Part shown: piece after piece, positions 8,371 through 16,581 of the stretch | Position numbering within the stretch: the stretch's first letter is position 1 | Layout: each line of letters begins with the position of its first letter | Assembly (NCBI GenBank): GCA_035470985.1 | Contig: DATIQI010000244.1 | Coordinates: 1-33,549 of the forward strand | DNA from: Acidobacteriota bacterium | GTDB lineage: Bacteria > Eisenbacteria > RBG-16-71-46 > SZUA-252 | Direction: 5' to 3' | DNA length: 33,549 bases | Position numbers and translations under genes: made by a program | Notes under the pieces: generated by a model | Told to the model about the DNA's origin: nothing | Database searches by the model: none | The model's input: only the letters and a program-made list of their open reading frames with translations

Positions 8371-10766
8371 GCTCCCTCCATCGTGTCCGGGCCCGCTTCG
8401 GGGAGCGTGCAGACGAAGCGCGCGCCGCCGTCCGGGTGATCGTCCACCGCCACCGTTCCCGCCATTCGTCCGAGGTACTCGCGCGCCACGTAGAGCCCGA
8501 GACCGAGCCCGCCCTCCGAGCCCTGGGGCGCCGGGCGTCCCTGGCCGAATTGCGTGAAGATCCGCTCCCGATCCTCCGCGGGAACGCCCGGTCCCTCGTC
8601 GCGCACGACGACACGCTGGCGCCGATGCGGCCCCGCGTCCACCGTCACCTCGATCCGGCCGCCCTGCGGAGAATAGCGGATGGCGTTCTCGAGGAGGTTG
8701 GTCAGCACTTCCACGAGCCGGCTCCGGTCCGCCCGGATGGGCGCCAGGCCCTCCGGGACGTTCCGCTCCAGGCGAAGGCCGCGCGTCTCGAGGAGCGGCC
8801 GGATGCCCGCGACCGCCTCCTCCACCACCGAGCCGAGCGGCATCGCTTCGAGGTGCAAGGGTGGCCCGGCGGGCTGCCGGAGCCTCGCGACGTTCATGAG
8901 ATTCTGAACGAGCCGGTCGAGCTGCCGCGCCGCCTGGACGATGGAGGCGAGCGATTCCCGCTGGCGCTCGTTCAGCGTGCCGTCGAGTCCGTCGATCAGG
9001 TTCCGCGACGTCCACGACACCACGCTGAGGGGCGTCCGGAGATCGTGGGCCACCCGCGCGAAGAAGTCCTCCTTCAATCGGTCGAGCGCCGCGGCCTGCT
9101 CCCGCGCCGCCCCTTCGGCGGCGACCCGCTCGAGGAGGCCGAGGCGATCGAGCGCGATGCCCGCCGGCCGCGCCAGGCGCATGAGGAAGTCGAGGTCGGC
9201 CTCGATGTAGCGCCAGCCGGTCTCCTTCTCTCCGACGAGCGCGACGCCCTCGAGGCCGCGCGCGCCCGGGATCGGCACGGCGAGCCGGAATCCCTGGCGG
9301 ATCAAGTCCGGATCCATGTCGTTTCGCTCTGCCTCCGGAAGGTCGGTCGCCCCCGGGGCGGCCACGAGCGCCGTTCCCTGCGCGGAGTCCGGATGGCGCG
9401 CGGGCGCGCTCGGCGGCGCCGCTCCCACGACGACGCCGAGATCGGCGAGATCCGCGCCTCGAACCAGCCGGACGCGCACGACGGTCGGAGCGAGGTTCGT
9501 CCGGATCGCCCCCTCCAGCGCCGCGCCGACGGCTTCCCGTCCCGTCGCCGACGCGATCTCGCGCCCGAACGTGTCCGCCGCGATGTCGTGCTTGTAGCGG
9601 ATCTGGAAGAGCGTGCGGTCGACGAGATCGGCGATGGCGCGCCGGGTCGGCGCGAAGAGGAGGATCGGGACGGCGGTCGCCGGAATCCAGACGAGTTCCG
9701 GGCGGCCGGGCACGAGGAGGCGAACCAGGTCGCCGACGACGAGCACGAGGATCAGGTACACGCCCGCCAGCGCGAGCGCCAGGAGCGAGTAGATGACCGA
9801 GCGGCGAATGATGAGATCGATGTCGAGGAAGCGCTCGCGGGCGACCGCGATGGAGAAGGAGAGCGGAATGGCGAGCGTCGCGAGGCGCGCCGCCGGCAGG
9901 GGCAGGATCTCGGGGAGTCCCAACGCGTGCGGAAGGGCGAACCCGAGCGCGTACGGGATCACCCCGATCGAGATCCCCCAGAGGAGCCACTTCGCCTGCC
10001 GGCGCTCGCGCGCGAGCAGGTGACGCCTCGCGCCGCGGTAGAGGAGCGTGACGCCGACCGCCTCCCCCACGAGGAGGAGCACGATGGGGAGGCGCTCCAC
10101 GGCCTTCAGGTACGACCAGGCGCCGGGGTCCGGGTGACGCACGTAACGGAGGAATCCCTCCACGTGGAGCCCCGCGACGGCCAGGCCCAGGGCGTAGAGC
10201 CCGGGCACGAGCCAGGGGACGCGGTCCACGATCGGGCGGCGGCGCGGAAAGACGAGAACCAAGTGCACGAAGAAGAACGGCAGCACCGGCAGCACGGCGA
10301 TCCGCGCGAGCGACGGCAGGAGATCGACCCCGCGGAGGGACGGAGGCGCGAACACGCCTCCGGTTCCGATCGCGACGGCGTAGAGGACCGACGCCCCGAA
10401 TAGGATGCGCGCGGCCGGCAGGTGGAGTCGAATGGAGAAGACGAATGCGGCGGCCGCCCAGAAGAGCGCGGCGGCGACCGACGACACCGCGAGTTCGGGC
10501 CAGCCGTGCGCGTGACGCGGCACGACCTCGCGCGAGGCGCCGTCGCCCTCCAGGCGGGCCGGCGTGTCCGGGCGCAGCCCCTGCGCCCGAAACGCGAGCT
10601 CGGCCGGGCTTCCGACCGACGCGCCGTTCAGGCGGGCGGGGTAGGGACCGGGCCAGGACCCCGCGGGCAGGTCGGCGACCCGCGATTGCGCGAGGATCCC
10701 CGCGATCGCGACCGCCAGTGTCGCGAGGAGCACCACCAGGAGTCCGCTGCGGTGTGCGAACGTCAA
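8367..10766 (-). CDS. Multi-TM sensor histidine kinase
   Basis: The TTG start has GGGGGA upstream. The N-terminal half is hydrophobic with multiple TM helices. It contains an H-box FFARVAHDLRTPLSVV, an N-box NLLENAIRYSP and G-boxes DEGPGVP / GGLGLGLYVAREY. Confidence 0.85.
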   Translation of the reverse strand: MTFAHRSGLLVVLLATLAVAIAGILAQSRVADLPAGSWPGPYPARLNGASVGSPAELAFRAQGLRPDTPARLEGDGASREVVPRHAHGWPELAVSSVAAALFWAAAAFVFSIRLHLPAARILFGASVLYAVAIGTGGVFAPPSLRGVDLLPSLARIAVLPVLPFFFVHLVLVFPRRRPIVDRVPWLVPGLYALGLAVAGLHVEGFLRYVRHPDPGAWSYLKAVERLPIVLLLVGEAVGVTLLYRGARRHLLARERRQAKWLLWGISIGVIPYALGFALPHALGLPEILPLPAARLATLAIPLSFSIAVARERFLDIDLIIRRSVIYSLLALALAGVYLILVLVVGDLVRLLVPGRPELVWIPATAVPILLFAPTRRAIADLVDRTLFQIRYKHDIAADTFGREIASATGREAVGAALEGAIRTNLAPTVVRVRLVRGADLADLGVVVGAAPPSAPARHPDSAQGTALVAAPGATDLPEAERNDMDPDLIRQGFRLAVPIPGARGLEGVALVGEKETGWRYIEADLDFLMRLARPAGIALDRLGLLERVAAEGAAREQAAALDRLKEDFFARVAHDLRTPLSVVSWTSRNLIDGLDGTLNERQRESLASIVQAARQLDRLVQNLMNVARLRQPAGPPLHLEAMPLGSVVEEAVAGIRPLLETRGLRLERNVPEGLAPIRADRSRLVEVLTNLLENAIRYSPQGGRIEVTVDAGPHRRQRVVVRDEGPGVPAEDRERIFTQFGQGRPAPQGSEGGLGLGLYVAREYLGRMAGTVAVDDHPDGGARFVCTLPEAGPDTMEGA

Positions 10767-10793
10767 GCTCGGTCCCCCTACCGAACACGAGAT

Positions 10794-10821
10794 GGCGGCG
10801 GGCCCGTGGGAGCCCGCCGCC
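10794..10821 (-). terminator. Hairpin after the cytochrome operon (10-bp stem GGCGGCGGGC/GCCCGCCGCC, 8-nt loop)
   Basis: It lies between the tetraheme gene stop (10863) and the kinase start (10766). The T-tract is weak (ATCTCGTGTT on the minus strand), so it could act as an attenuator rather than a full stop. Confidence 0.4.
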
Positions 10822-10862
10822 TCAGGATAGACGTTCGGCCGGTCGCTGCCGAGGGGGGATTC

Positions 10863-11456
10863 TTACTCGGCCCCCTCCGCCTCGGCCGCCGCGCCCCGCT
10901 TGTAGCCTTCGGGGATCGTGTGCTTGATCTTCGCGCTGGCTTCCTTGAAGTCGATCTTCTTGCCGCCGGTGCCCTTCTCGTTATGGCACTTGTCGCAGGT
11001 CTCCTGCGTCACCTCGAGGAGGCCGTGATCCGCGGCCTTCATCGACTTGTCGCGGATGCCCTGCATGACCGACTTCTTCAGATAGTCGCTCCCGGCGCCG
11101 TGGCACGACTCGCAGCCGACGCCTTCGGCCGCGACGAACGTCGGCTTGAACTTGTCGGCCGGCTCGCCGTGACCCGTGACGTGGCAGGAGAGGCACTCGT
11201 CGGCCTTCTGCGGATCGGCGATGCCCTTCTCCTTCGCGATCTCCAGCGCCTTCGGGGTCGCCAGCGTCTCGAACGCCTTCGCGTGCTTCGACTCCGCCCA
11301 GACCTTGTACTGCGCGCCGCCCTTCTCGGAGTTGTGGCACGTCTTGCACTTCTTGTTGCCGACGTACATGTGCGCCGGCGCGTCGGCGGCTTGCGCCACC
11401 CCGCTCCAGGCGATCAAGCACGCCGCCATCCATAGCGTCGCACTAAGTCGTTTCAT
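10863..11456 (-). CDS. Periplasmic tetraheme c-type cytochrome
   Basis: It has a signal peptide MKRLSATLWMAACLIAWSGVAQA and four CxxCH motifs (CKTCH, CLSCH, CESCH, CDKCH). It overlaps the upstream gene by 14 nt. Confidence 0.85.
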   Translation of the reverse strand: MKRLSATLWMAACLIAWSGVAQAADAPAHMYVGNKKCKTCHNSEKGGAQYKVWAESKHAKAFETLATPKALEIAKEKGIADPQKADECLSCHVTGHGEPADKFKPTFVAAEGVGCESCHGAGSDYLKKSVMQGIRDKSMKAADHGLLEVTQETCDKCHNEKGTGGKKIDFKEASAKIKHTIPEGYKRGAAAEAEGAE

Positions 11457-12939
11457 CGTTCTGTCTCCTTTCGATTTGCCGAATCTTCAACCACAGCAAG
11501 AACACCGCGAACGTGACGATGAGCGTCGACACCACCAGTCCTTGCCGGCGGAATCGGTATTCCTTGACGGCCGCGTGGCCGGCTTCCTCGGCCTTCGCGA
11601 CCACCGTGATGCCCGGACGGGCCGCCTCCTCGAGATCCTCCTCCCGGAAGCTGTGAATCGCCACCCGCGCCTGTATCTGCGCCTGGTGCACGTCCTTCAG
11701 CGTGTATCGCGCGTCGGAGATGTCCATGCCGAGGTTCTCCGCCCGCGCCAGAACGGCTTCCGCCCGATCCTGTCCGACCGCGAGGCTGTCGAGCAGCCCC
11801 CGAAGCCGGTGGATCTTGGGCGCGGCCGCGTCGGAGGCGCCGTCCACGTGGCACTTGGCGCACGGCGACGGCTCCTGGAACGCGACCATGGCGTCGGCGG
11901 TCGGCTGGACGGCGTGATTGCCGTGGCAGACGACGCATCCGCCGAGTTTCTTCTCCTCGAAGTGAGCCTTGTGGACGCTCGCCTCGTAGAGCTGCTCGTT
12001 CGATTGATGGCACTGACCGCAGACCGCGATCACGGAGGCGACGCCCGGAGGCGCGGCGCCGTGATTGCCGTGGCACGAGTTGCAGGCGGGGGCGTTCAGA
12101 TCCGACTTCTCGAGGAGCGCCTTGCCGTGGACGCTCGCCTTGTAGTCGCGGTACTGCGTGGTCGGGATGCGATAGCTCGCCATGTACTTGGCGTCGGAAT
12201 GGCAGCGCGCGCAGGTCGCCGGGATCTGCGTCGGATAGACGGGCGAGCGCGGGTCCTTCACCGCGCGGACCGCGTGGTTCGAGTGGCAGCTGACGCAGGT
12301 CGCCACCTTCCAGTCGCCCTTCGCGTGACGCTCCCCGTGGACGCTGGTCAGGTACTTCTCCTTCTGGTCCACCGGAAGCGAGGGGTTGAAGTCGCGCATG
12401 TACGACGCGTTCCCGTGGCACTTCGCGCACGTGTCCACCACGCGGCTCGGATGGACCGGCGACTTCGCATCGGTGACCGCGGCGATGTTGTGGACGCCGT
12501 GGCACGAGACGCACTGGGCGCCCTTCGGATTCGCGTCGAGCGACCGGCCGTGCGCGCTCTCTTTGAAATCGGCGAACGCGTCCTCCAGCTTGTAGCGCGC
12601 GCGGAACCCCTCCTTCGCGCCGCCGTGGCACGAGCCGCAGAGCTTCGGGATGTCCTGCTTCTTCGGGACGCCGATGAAGCCCTTCGCCTTCGACATCGCG
12701 ACGTCGCCGTCGTCGGAGCGCGGATCACCGCCGTGGCAGTCGGCGCACGAGACGCCGCGCTGGCGGTGGATGTCGTGGCGATAGGCCTGCGCCTCCGGGG
12801 TCTCCTGCTCCAGATGGCACGTCATACACTCGTCGCGGACCCCCGGCGCGGCCGCGGTCGAGTCGGGCGCCGCCCACGCGGCGGAGGACGCCCCGAGGCC
12901 GGCGGCGAGCAGGAGGCCGAGGAAGGCGCGTGCGCGCAT
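11443..12939 (-). CDS. Undecaheme c-type cytochrome with a C-terminal membrane anchor
   Basis: The start MRARAFLGLLLAAGLGASSAAWA (signal peptide) is at 12939 and overlaps the cytochrome b stop by 1 nt (TGATG). It has 11 CxxCH motifs (CMTCH, CADCH, CGSCH, CVSCH, CAKCH, CVSCH, CARCH, CNSCH, CGQCH, CVVCH, CAKCH). The C-terminal TM helix is LVVSTLIVTFAVFLLWL. Confidence 0.85.
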   Translation of the reverse strand: MRARAFLGLLLAAGLGASSAAWAAPDSTAAAPGVRDECMTCHLEQETPEAQAYRHDIHRQRGVSCADCHGGDPRSDDGDVAMSKAKGFIGVPKKQDIPKLCGSCHGGAKEGFRARYKLEDAFADFKESAHGRSLDANPKGAQCVSCHGVHNIAAVTDAKSPVHPSRVVDTCAKCHGNASYMRDFNPSLPVDQKEKYLTSVHGERHAKGDWKVATCVSCHSNHAVRAVKDPRSPVYPTQIPATCARCHSDAKYMASYRIPTTQYRDYKASVHGKALLEKSDLNAPACNSCHGNHGAAPPGVASVIAVCGQCHQSNEQLYEASVHKAHFEEKKLGGCVVCHGNHAVQPTADAMVAFQEPSPCAKCHVDGASDAAAPKIHRLRGLLDSLAVGQDRAEAVLARAENLGMDISDARYTLKDVHQAQIQARVAIHSFREEDLEEAARPGITVVAKAEEAGHAAVKEYRFRRQGLVVSTLIVTFAVFLLWLKIRQIERRQNDETT

Positions 12940-14015
12940 CACAACACCCCGATCGCGGTCATGACGATCATGAAGAGGAGCACGACGATTCCGACGTAGG
13001 TGAGCGTCCGGTTGCGCGAGCCCTTCGGCGTCTTCGCGTCCCACCAGGGCACGAGGAACCAGAGGAGCCCGGCCAATCCGAAGAGGAGGATCCCCACGAC
13101 CTCACCGTCCATCGATCCCATCTTCGCCGGGAAGTACTTCAGGGCCTGATACATGAAGAGGAAGTACCACTCGGGCTTGATCCCCTCCGGCGCCGGAGCG
13201 AAGGGGTCGGCCTTCTCGCCCAGCTCCCACGGGAAGAGGACGGCGAGGATCGCGAGCAAGTTCAGCACGATCAGCCAGAGCAGGAGATCGCGCAGGATGA
13301 AGTTCGGGAAGAAGGGCATGCTCTTCCGCCGCTCGGGAGGCAGGTCCTTCCACGATTCGGGCTGGTGCATCCCCTGGGTCTGAACGAGCAGCATGTGGAG
13401 CCCGAGGATCGCGGTGAAGACGGCCGGGAAGATGGCGACGTGGAGCCCGTAGAAGCGCGTCAGGGTCGCCGTCGTCACGTCCTTCCCCTCGCGGAGGAAC
13501 TGCATGATCGGCTCCCCGATGAAGGGAACGACCGCGACGATGGTCGTCCCGACCTTCGTGGCGAAGTAGGCGAGCGTGTTCCAGGGGAGGAGGTACCCGC
13601 TGAAGCCGAGTCCCATCGCCAGACCCAGGAGCACGAAACCGGAGTACCACGTCAGCTCGCGCGGCCGGCGGAACGCCCGCGTGAAGAAGACCGAGAACAT
13701 GTGGATGAAGATCGCCAGGATGAAGAGATTGGCCGCCCAGGAGTGGATGGAGCGGATCAGCCAGCCGAACTTCACCTTCGTGACGATGAAGCGGACGCTC
13801 TCGAACGCGGTCTTCTCGCCCGGCTGGTAGTACATCAGGAGGAGAATCCCGGTGACGACCTGCACGACGAAGAGGAAGAGGGCGACGCCCCCGAAGTAGT
13901 ACCAGAACGATCCCTTCCACGAAGGAACCGTCTTGTGCGACGCGAACTCCACGATCGGATCGATGTTCAGCCGTTCGCGGAGCCATGCCTGCGCGCGGGC
14001 GATCAGTCCCGGCAT
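12939..14015 (-). CDS. Cytochrome b (single polypeptide covering the b6 and subunit-IV regions)
   Basis: The internal ATG at 14015 (MPGLIARAQAWLRERL) has GGTGGGAG upstream. The heme-ligand His pairs are H-x13-H (SIHSWAANLFILAIFIH) and H-x14-H (LHVAIFPAVFTAILGLH). The PEWY Qo motif is present (IKPEWYFLFMYQ). Confidence 0.9.
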   Translation of the reverse strand: MPGLIARAQAWLRERLNIDPIVEFASHKTVPSWKGSFWYYFGGVALFLFVVQVVTGILLLMYYQPGEKTAFESVRFIVTKVKFGWLIRSIHSWAANLFILAIFIHMFSVFFTRAFRRPRELTWYSGFVLLGLAMGLGFSGYLLPWNTLAYFATKVGTTIVAVVPFIGEPIMQFLREGKDVTTATLTRFYGLHVAIFPAVFTAILGLHMLLVQTQGMHQPESWKDLPPERRKSMPFFPNFILRDLLLWLIVLNLLAILAVLFPWELGEKADPFAPAPEGIKPEWYFLFMYQALKYFPAKMGSMDGEVVGILLFGLAGLLWFLVPWWDAKTPKGSRNRTLTYVGIVVLLFMIVMTAIGVL

Positions 14016-14035
14016 CTCGTCGCTCCCACCTGGTC

Positions 14036-14482
14036 CTAGACCTTCGACACGATGACGTCGTCGCCCTTCTGGGCGACCTTGTATTCCGTGAGCGGGCGCG
14101 GCGGCGGGCCGGAGATGTTCCGCCCGGTCAGGTCGTACATGCCGTTGTGGCACGCGCACCAGATCTTCTCCAGGTCGGGCCGGTACTGCACGGTGCAGTC
14201 GAGGTGCGTGCAGACCCCCGAGAACGCGCGCAGTTTGCCGTCCGATCCGAGCACCAGGATCCCCGGATCGTGGCCGAACTTGAAGACGACGCCGCTGTTC
14301 GGTTTCAGGTTCTTGATGTTCGCCGCCACCACGCTCGTGACTTCGGCTTCGCCGAGCGGGGGCGTCTGGAGGTACTCGAACACGGGATAGAGGACGGTGC
14401 CGAGCCAACCGACGGCACCGATGCCGAGGAGCGTGTCCAGGAAGGTACGGCGGGTCATTCCGTTCTTCGGTTCGGAATCCAT
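14036..14482 (-). CDS. Rieske [2Fe-2S] subunit
   Basis: It contains the CTHLDC and CACHNG boxes. The N-terminus has a twin-arginine motif (MTRRTFLDTLLG) and a TM helix. It lies directly upstream of cytochrome b. Confidence 0.9.
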   Translation of the reverse strand: MDSEPKNGMTRRTFLDTLLGIGAVGWLGTVLYPVFEYLQTPPLGEAEVTSVVAANIKNLKPNSGVVFKFGHDPGILVLGSDGKLRAFSGVCTHLDCTVQYRPDLEKIWCACHNGMYDLTGRNISGPPPRPLTEYKVAQKGDDVIVSKV

Positions 14483-14692
14483 GCGTTACTCCGAGGGCTC
14501 CTGTCGCGCACGGACCACCGCCCCATCGGCGGATATGGCCCGACCAAGGAACTATCGGCAGTGTGCGACACGACCGCGTAACTCAACAGGTATTCTTTGG
14601 TTGTAGGGAGAGGGGTACCGGATGAGGCTCGTGCGGCACGATCGCGACTTCGGTCCGCGCGAGCCGGATCGGGGCGGCGCGCCTCGAGGAGC

Positions 14693-14733
14693 AACGAAAA
14701 CCCCCGGAGCGCCTCACGACGGCGCTCCGGGGG
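14693..14733 (-). terminator. Rho-independent terminator of the monoheme cytochrome c gene
   Basis: It has a 13-bp perfect stem (CCCCCGGAGCGCC / GGCGCTCCGGGGG) and a 7-nt loop. On the minus strand it is followed by TTTTCGTT. It starts 57 nt after the stop at 14790. Confidence 0.7.
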
Positions 14734-14789
14734 CCTGGAATCGTTTGCGTTTCGAGCGCTTCGCCCGCGGTCGAATCCCGCGCGGGCGT

Positions 14790-15302
14790 TTATTCGCTCT
14801 TCGGCTTCTCCTCCGCCTTCGGGGCTTCCTCGGCCTTCGGAGCTTCCTCGGCCTTCGCGCCTTCCTCGGCCTTCACCTCGGTCTTCAGCGAGGCGAGCCA
14901 CGTCGTCAGGGTCGCCAGCTCCGCGTCGGTGCCCTTGAACTTCTTCATGTGCTTCTTGCCGTCCTTCGCCTCGAGCTTCATCAGGTACTTCCCCAGCCAC
15001 TCGGCGTCGCGGGTCAGTCCCACGCCCGAGAGATCGGGGGTCTTCTTCTTGGCCTTGGCGTCGCCCTCGGGAGCCCCTTCGGACTTCTCCGCGTTCTCCG
15101 CCTTCTCGCCCTTCGCCTCGTCGGCGGCTTCGGCGCTCCGCTTCTCGATCCCCTGCGCCGACACCATGTGGCACGAGTTGCACTTGTTGCCGAGGAAGAG
15201 CTCCTTGCCGGGGTTCGGCTTCTCCTCCTCCGACTGCGCCGCAGCGCTCCAGATCAGGGCTCCGGCCAGCACGGCGGCGAACGAGATCCATACACGCTTC
15301 AT
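14790..15302 (-). CDS. Monoheme c-type cytochrome with a K/E/A/P-rich repeat tail
   Basis: It has a signal peptide MKRVWISFAAVLAGALIWSAAAQS and a single CNSCH motif. The C-terminal tail is EVKAEEGAKAEEAPKAEEAPKAEEKPKSE. Confidence 0.8.
   Translation of the reverse strand: MKRVWISFAAVLAGALIWSAAAQSEEEKPNPGKELFLGNKCNSCHMVSAQGIEKRSAEAADEAKGEKAENAEKSEGAPEGDAKAKKKTPDLSGVGLTRDAEWLGKYLMKLEAKDGKKHMKKFKGTDAELATLTTWLASLKTEVKAEEGAKAEEAPKAEEAPKAEEKPKSE
14805..14878. repeat. 18-bp tandem repeat (core CTTCCTCGGCCTTC at 14825, 14843 and 14861, plus one degenerate copy)
   Basis: Read directly from the sequence. The repeat is in-frame and encodes the AEEAPK repeats of the cytochrome c tail. Confidence 0.7.
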
Positions 15303-15526
15303 GCGATTTCTCCCCTAGGCCCGACGGTCGAATCCAGCCGCGAGGCTGGGCCCCTCTCGCGGCGGCCCCCGATTCCGAGAATTCGGCGGCGAACGGAGTG
15401 CTTGCTCTTATGAACCCCGCTCCGGGGTCGTGGTTCGGGCGCCGATCCCGTTTCGACGGCGCCGGTCACGGAAACGCCGCGGGGCGTAAGGCCACGCGGC
15501 GCCATGGGATCCAGGGATCGGGCGAC

Positions 15527-16471
15527 TCAGCGGCGGCGCGCCCCGCTCGGCTGGAGAACCAGGGGATTTCGGGCCACGTAGAGGCCCACCTGGAGCCTGT
15601 CTTGGAGTCCCAGCTTGTCGAGAATGTGTCCGACGTGCTTCTTCACGGTCGGCTCGCTGATGCCGAGCGCTTGAGCGATCTCCTTGTTCGAGCGTCCGAC
15701 GGAAATTAATTCCGCCACGTCCAACTCGCGGGAAGAGAGCGCGTGCGTGTGATTGTCGGTGGCCGGGGCGAGGGCGTGGCGCATGATGGCCGACGCCGTG
15801 CCGGCTTCGTACCAGGCGTTTCCCGACGCGACGGTGCGGACCGCGTGGAAGAAGACCTCGGGGTCGGCGCTCCGTCGGATCGTGCCCGAGGCGCCCTCGG
15901 CGACCGCGATCTGGAGGCAATCAGTGCCTTGCGAGCAGAGCGGCCCTTGCGGCGAAGGGCCCGACATGGCGATGTCGCGGCCCGGCTTCGGCGGATTCAG
16001 GACGATGCACTCCCCTTCACCACGCTCCGCCATGGCCAGGATCGGCGTGTCGGGGGCCTGGGTGCGAATGTCCACGATCGGGGTCCGCCCCACGTTGGCT
16101 CCGATCCGGAGCGCGATGAGGAGGATGTTCGGGCGGAGCCTGCCGCAGAACTCGGCGGCCTGCTCGACCGATTCGGCCTCGCCCACGATCTCGAAGTCGG
16201 CCTGCGTCACGAGGAGCGACACGAGCGCCCGGCGATCGAGCGGGAGCTTGTCGGCGACGACGATCCGGATTCGGTTCGGCGCGCCCGGCGCGCGTCGATC
16301 GGCTTCGGAGCGGCGGACGGCCTGGATCCGCGCGGGCTTCTTCGGGGCGGCTTTCCGCGCCGCGACCTTCTTCTTCGCCGCCGCCTTCTTCTTCGGCGCG
16401 GCCTTCATTCGGGGGCGGGCGGCCGGCTTCTTCTTCGCCTTCCGCGCCGATTTCCTGGATGCGCTCGCCAC
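15527..16471 (-). CDS. Atypical LuxR/NarL-family regulator: histone-H1-like K/A/P tail + receiver-like domain + LuxR HTH
   Basis: The GTG start has GAGG upstream. The N-terminus is SRKSARKAKKKPAARPRMKAAPKKKAAAKKKVAARKAAPKKPA. The receiver-like region is IRIVVADKLPLDRRAL...NILLIALRIG. The C-terminal HTH is LSSRELDVAELISVGRSNKEIAQALGISEPTVKKHVGHILDKLG. Confidence 0.75.
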   Translation of the reverse strand: MASASRKSARKAKKKPAARPRMKAAPKKKAAAKKKVAARKAAPKKPARIQAVRRSEADRRAPGAPNRIRIVVADKLPLDRRALVSLLVTQADFEIVGEAESVEQAAEFCGRLRPNILLIALRIGANVGRTPIVDIRTQAPDTPILAMAERGEGECIVLNPPKPGRDIAMSGPSPQGPLCSQGTDCLQIAVAEGASGTIRRSADPEVFFHAVRTVASGNAWYEAGTASAIMRHALAPATDNHTHALSSRELDVAELISVGRSNKEIAQALGISEPTVKKHVGHILDKLGLQDRLQVGLYVARNPLVLQPSGARRR

Positions 16472-16533
16472 GGCAAACCTCGTATGGGTTCACTAGATAC
16501 ACGGGCCGATGCGGCCCCGTTTTGTCGGTCAAT

Positions 16534-16547
16534 ACTACCATGGTAGT
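16534..16547. promoter_or_regulatory. 14-bp perfect palindrome ACTACCATGGTAGT upstream of the LuxR-type gene
   Basis: Read directly from the sequence. It lies 63 bp upstream of the GTG at 16471 in a locally AT-richer patch. Confidence 0.25.
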
Positions 16548-16581
16548 CCGATCCTCCCGAGAGCGCAAGGCGACAGGTTCG

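Noticed and set aside
7000-10788. A 1262-aa ORF spanning both the response regulator and the kinase region
   Set aside because: Only the C-terminal 456 aa (from the GTG at 8370) look like a real protein (NtrC-type). Upstream the frame is R/P/G-rich read-through, overlapping the genuine kinase gene that lies in another frame (8367..10766).
11330-12090. TGGCAC...TTGCA strings (for example around 11337 and 12070) that look like sigma-54 boxes
   Set aside because: They lie inside the multiheme cytochrome genes on the antisense strand and have 3-nt rather than 5-nt spacing. They are the reverse complement of CxxCH-encoding codons (TGC..TGC CAC).
14805-14878. Short tandem repeats considered as a possible CRISPR or regulatory array
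   Set aside because: The 18-bp units are contiguous with no spacers. They are in-frame and encode the AEEAPK tail of the cytochrome c.
16502-16524. A small hairpin (GGGCC-GATGC-GGCCC) followed by TTTTG on the plus strand
   Set aside because: The stem is only 5 bp. The T-run is on the plus strand, where no upstream gene exists, so it is in the wrong orientation to terminate the minus-strand 930-aa gene.
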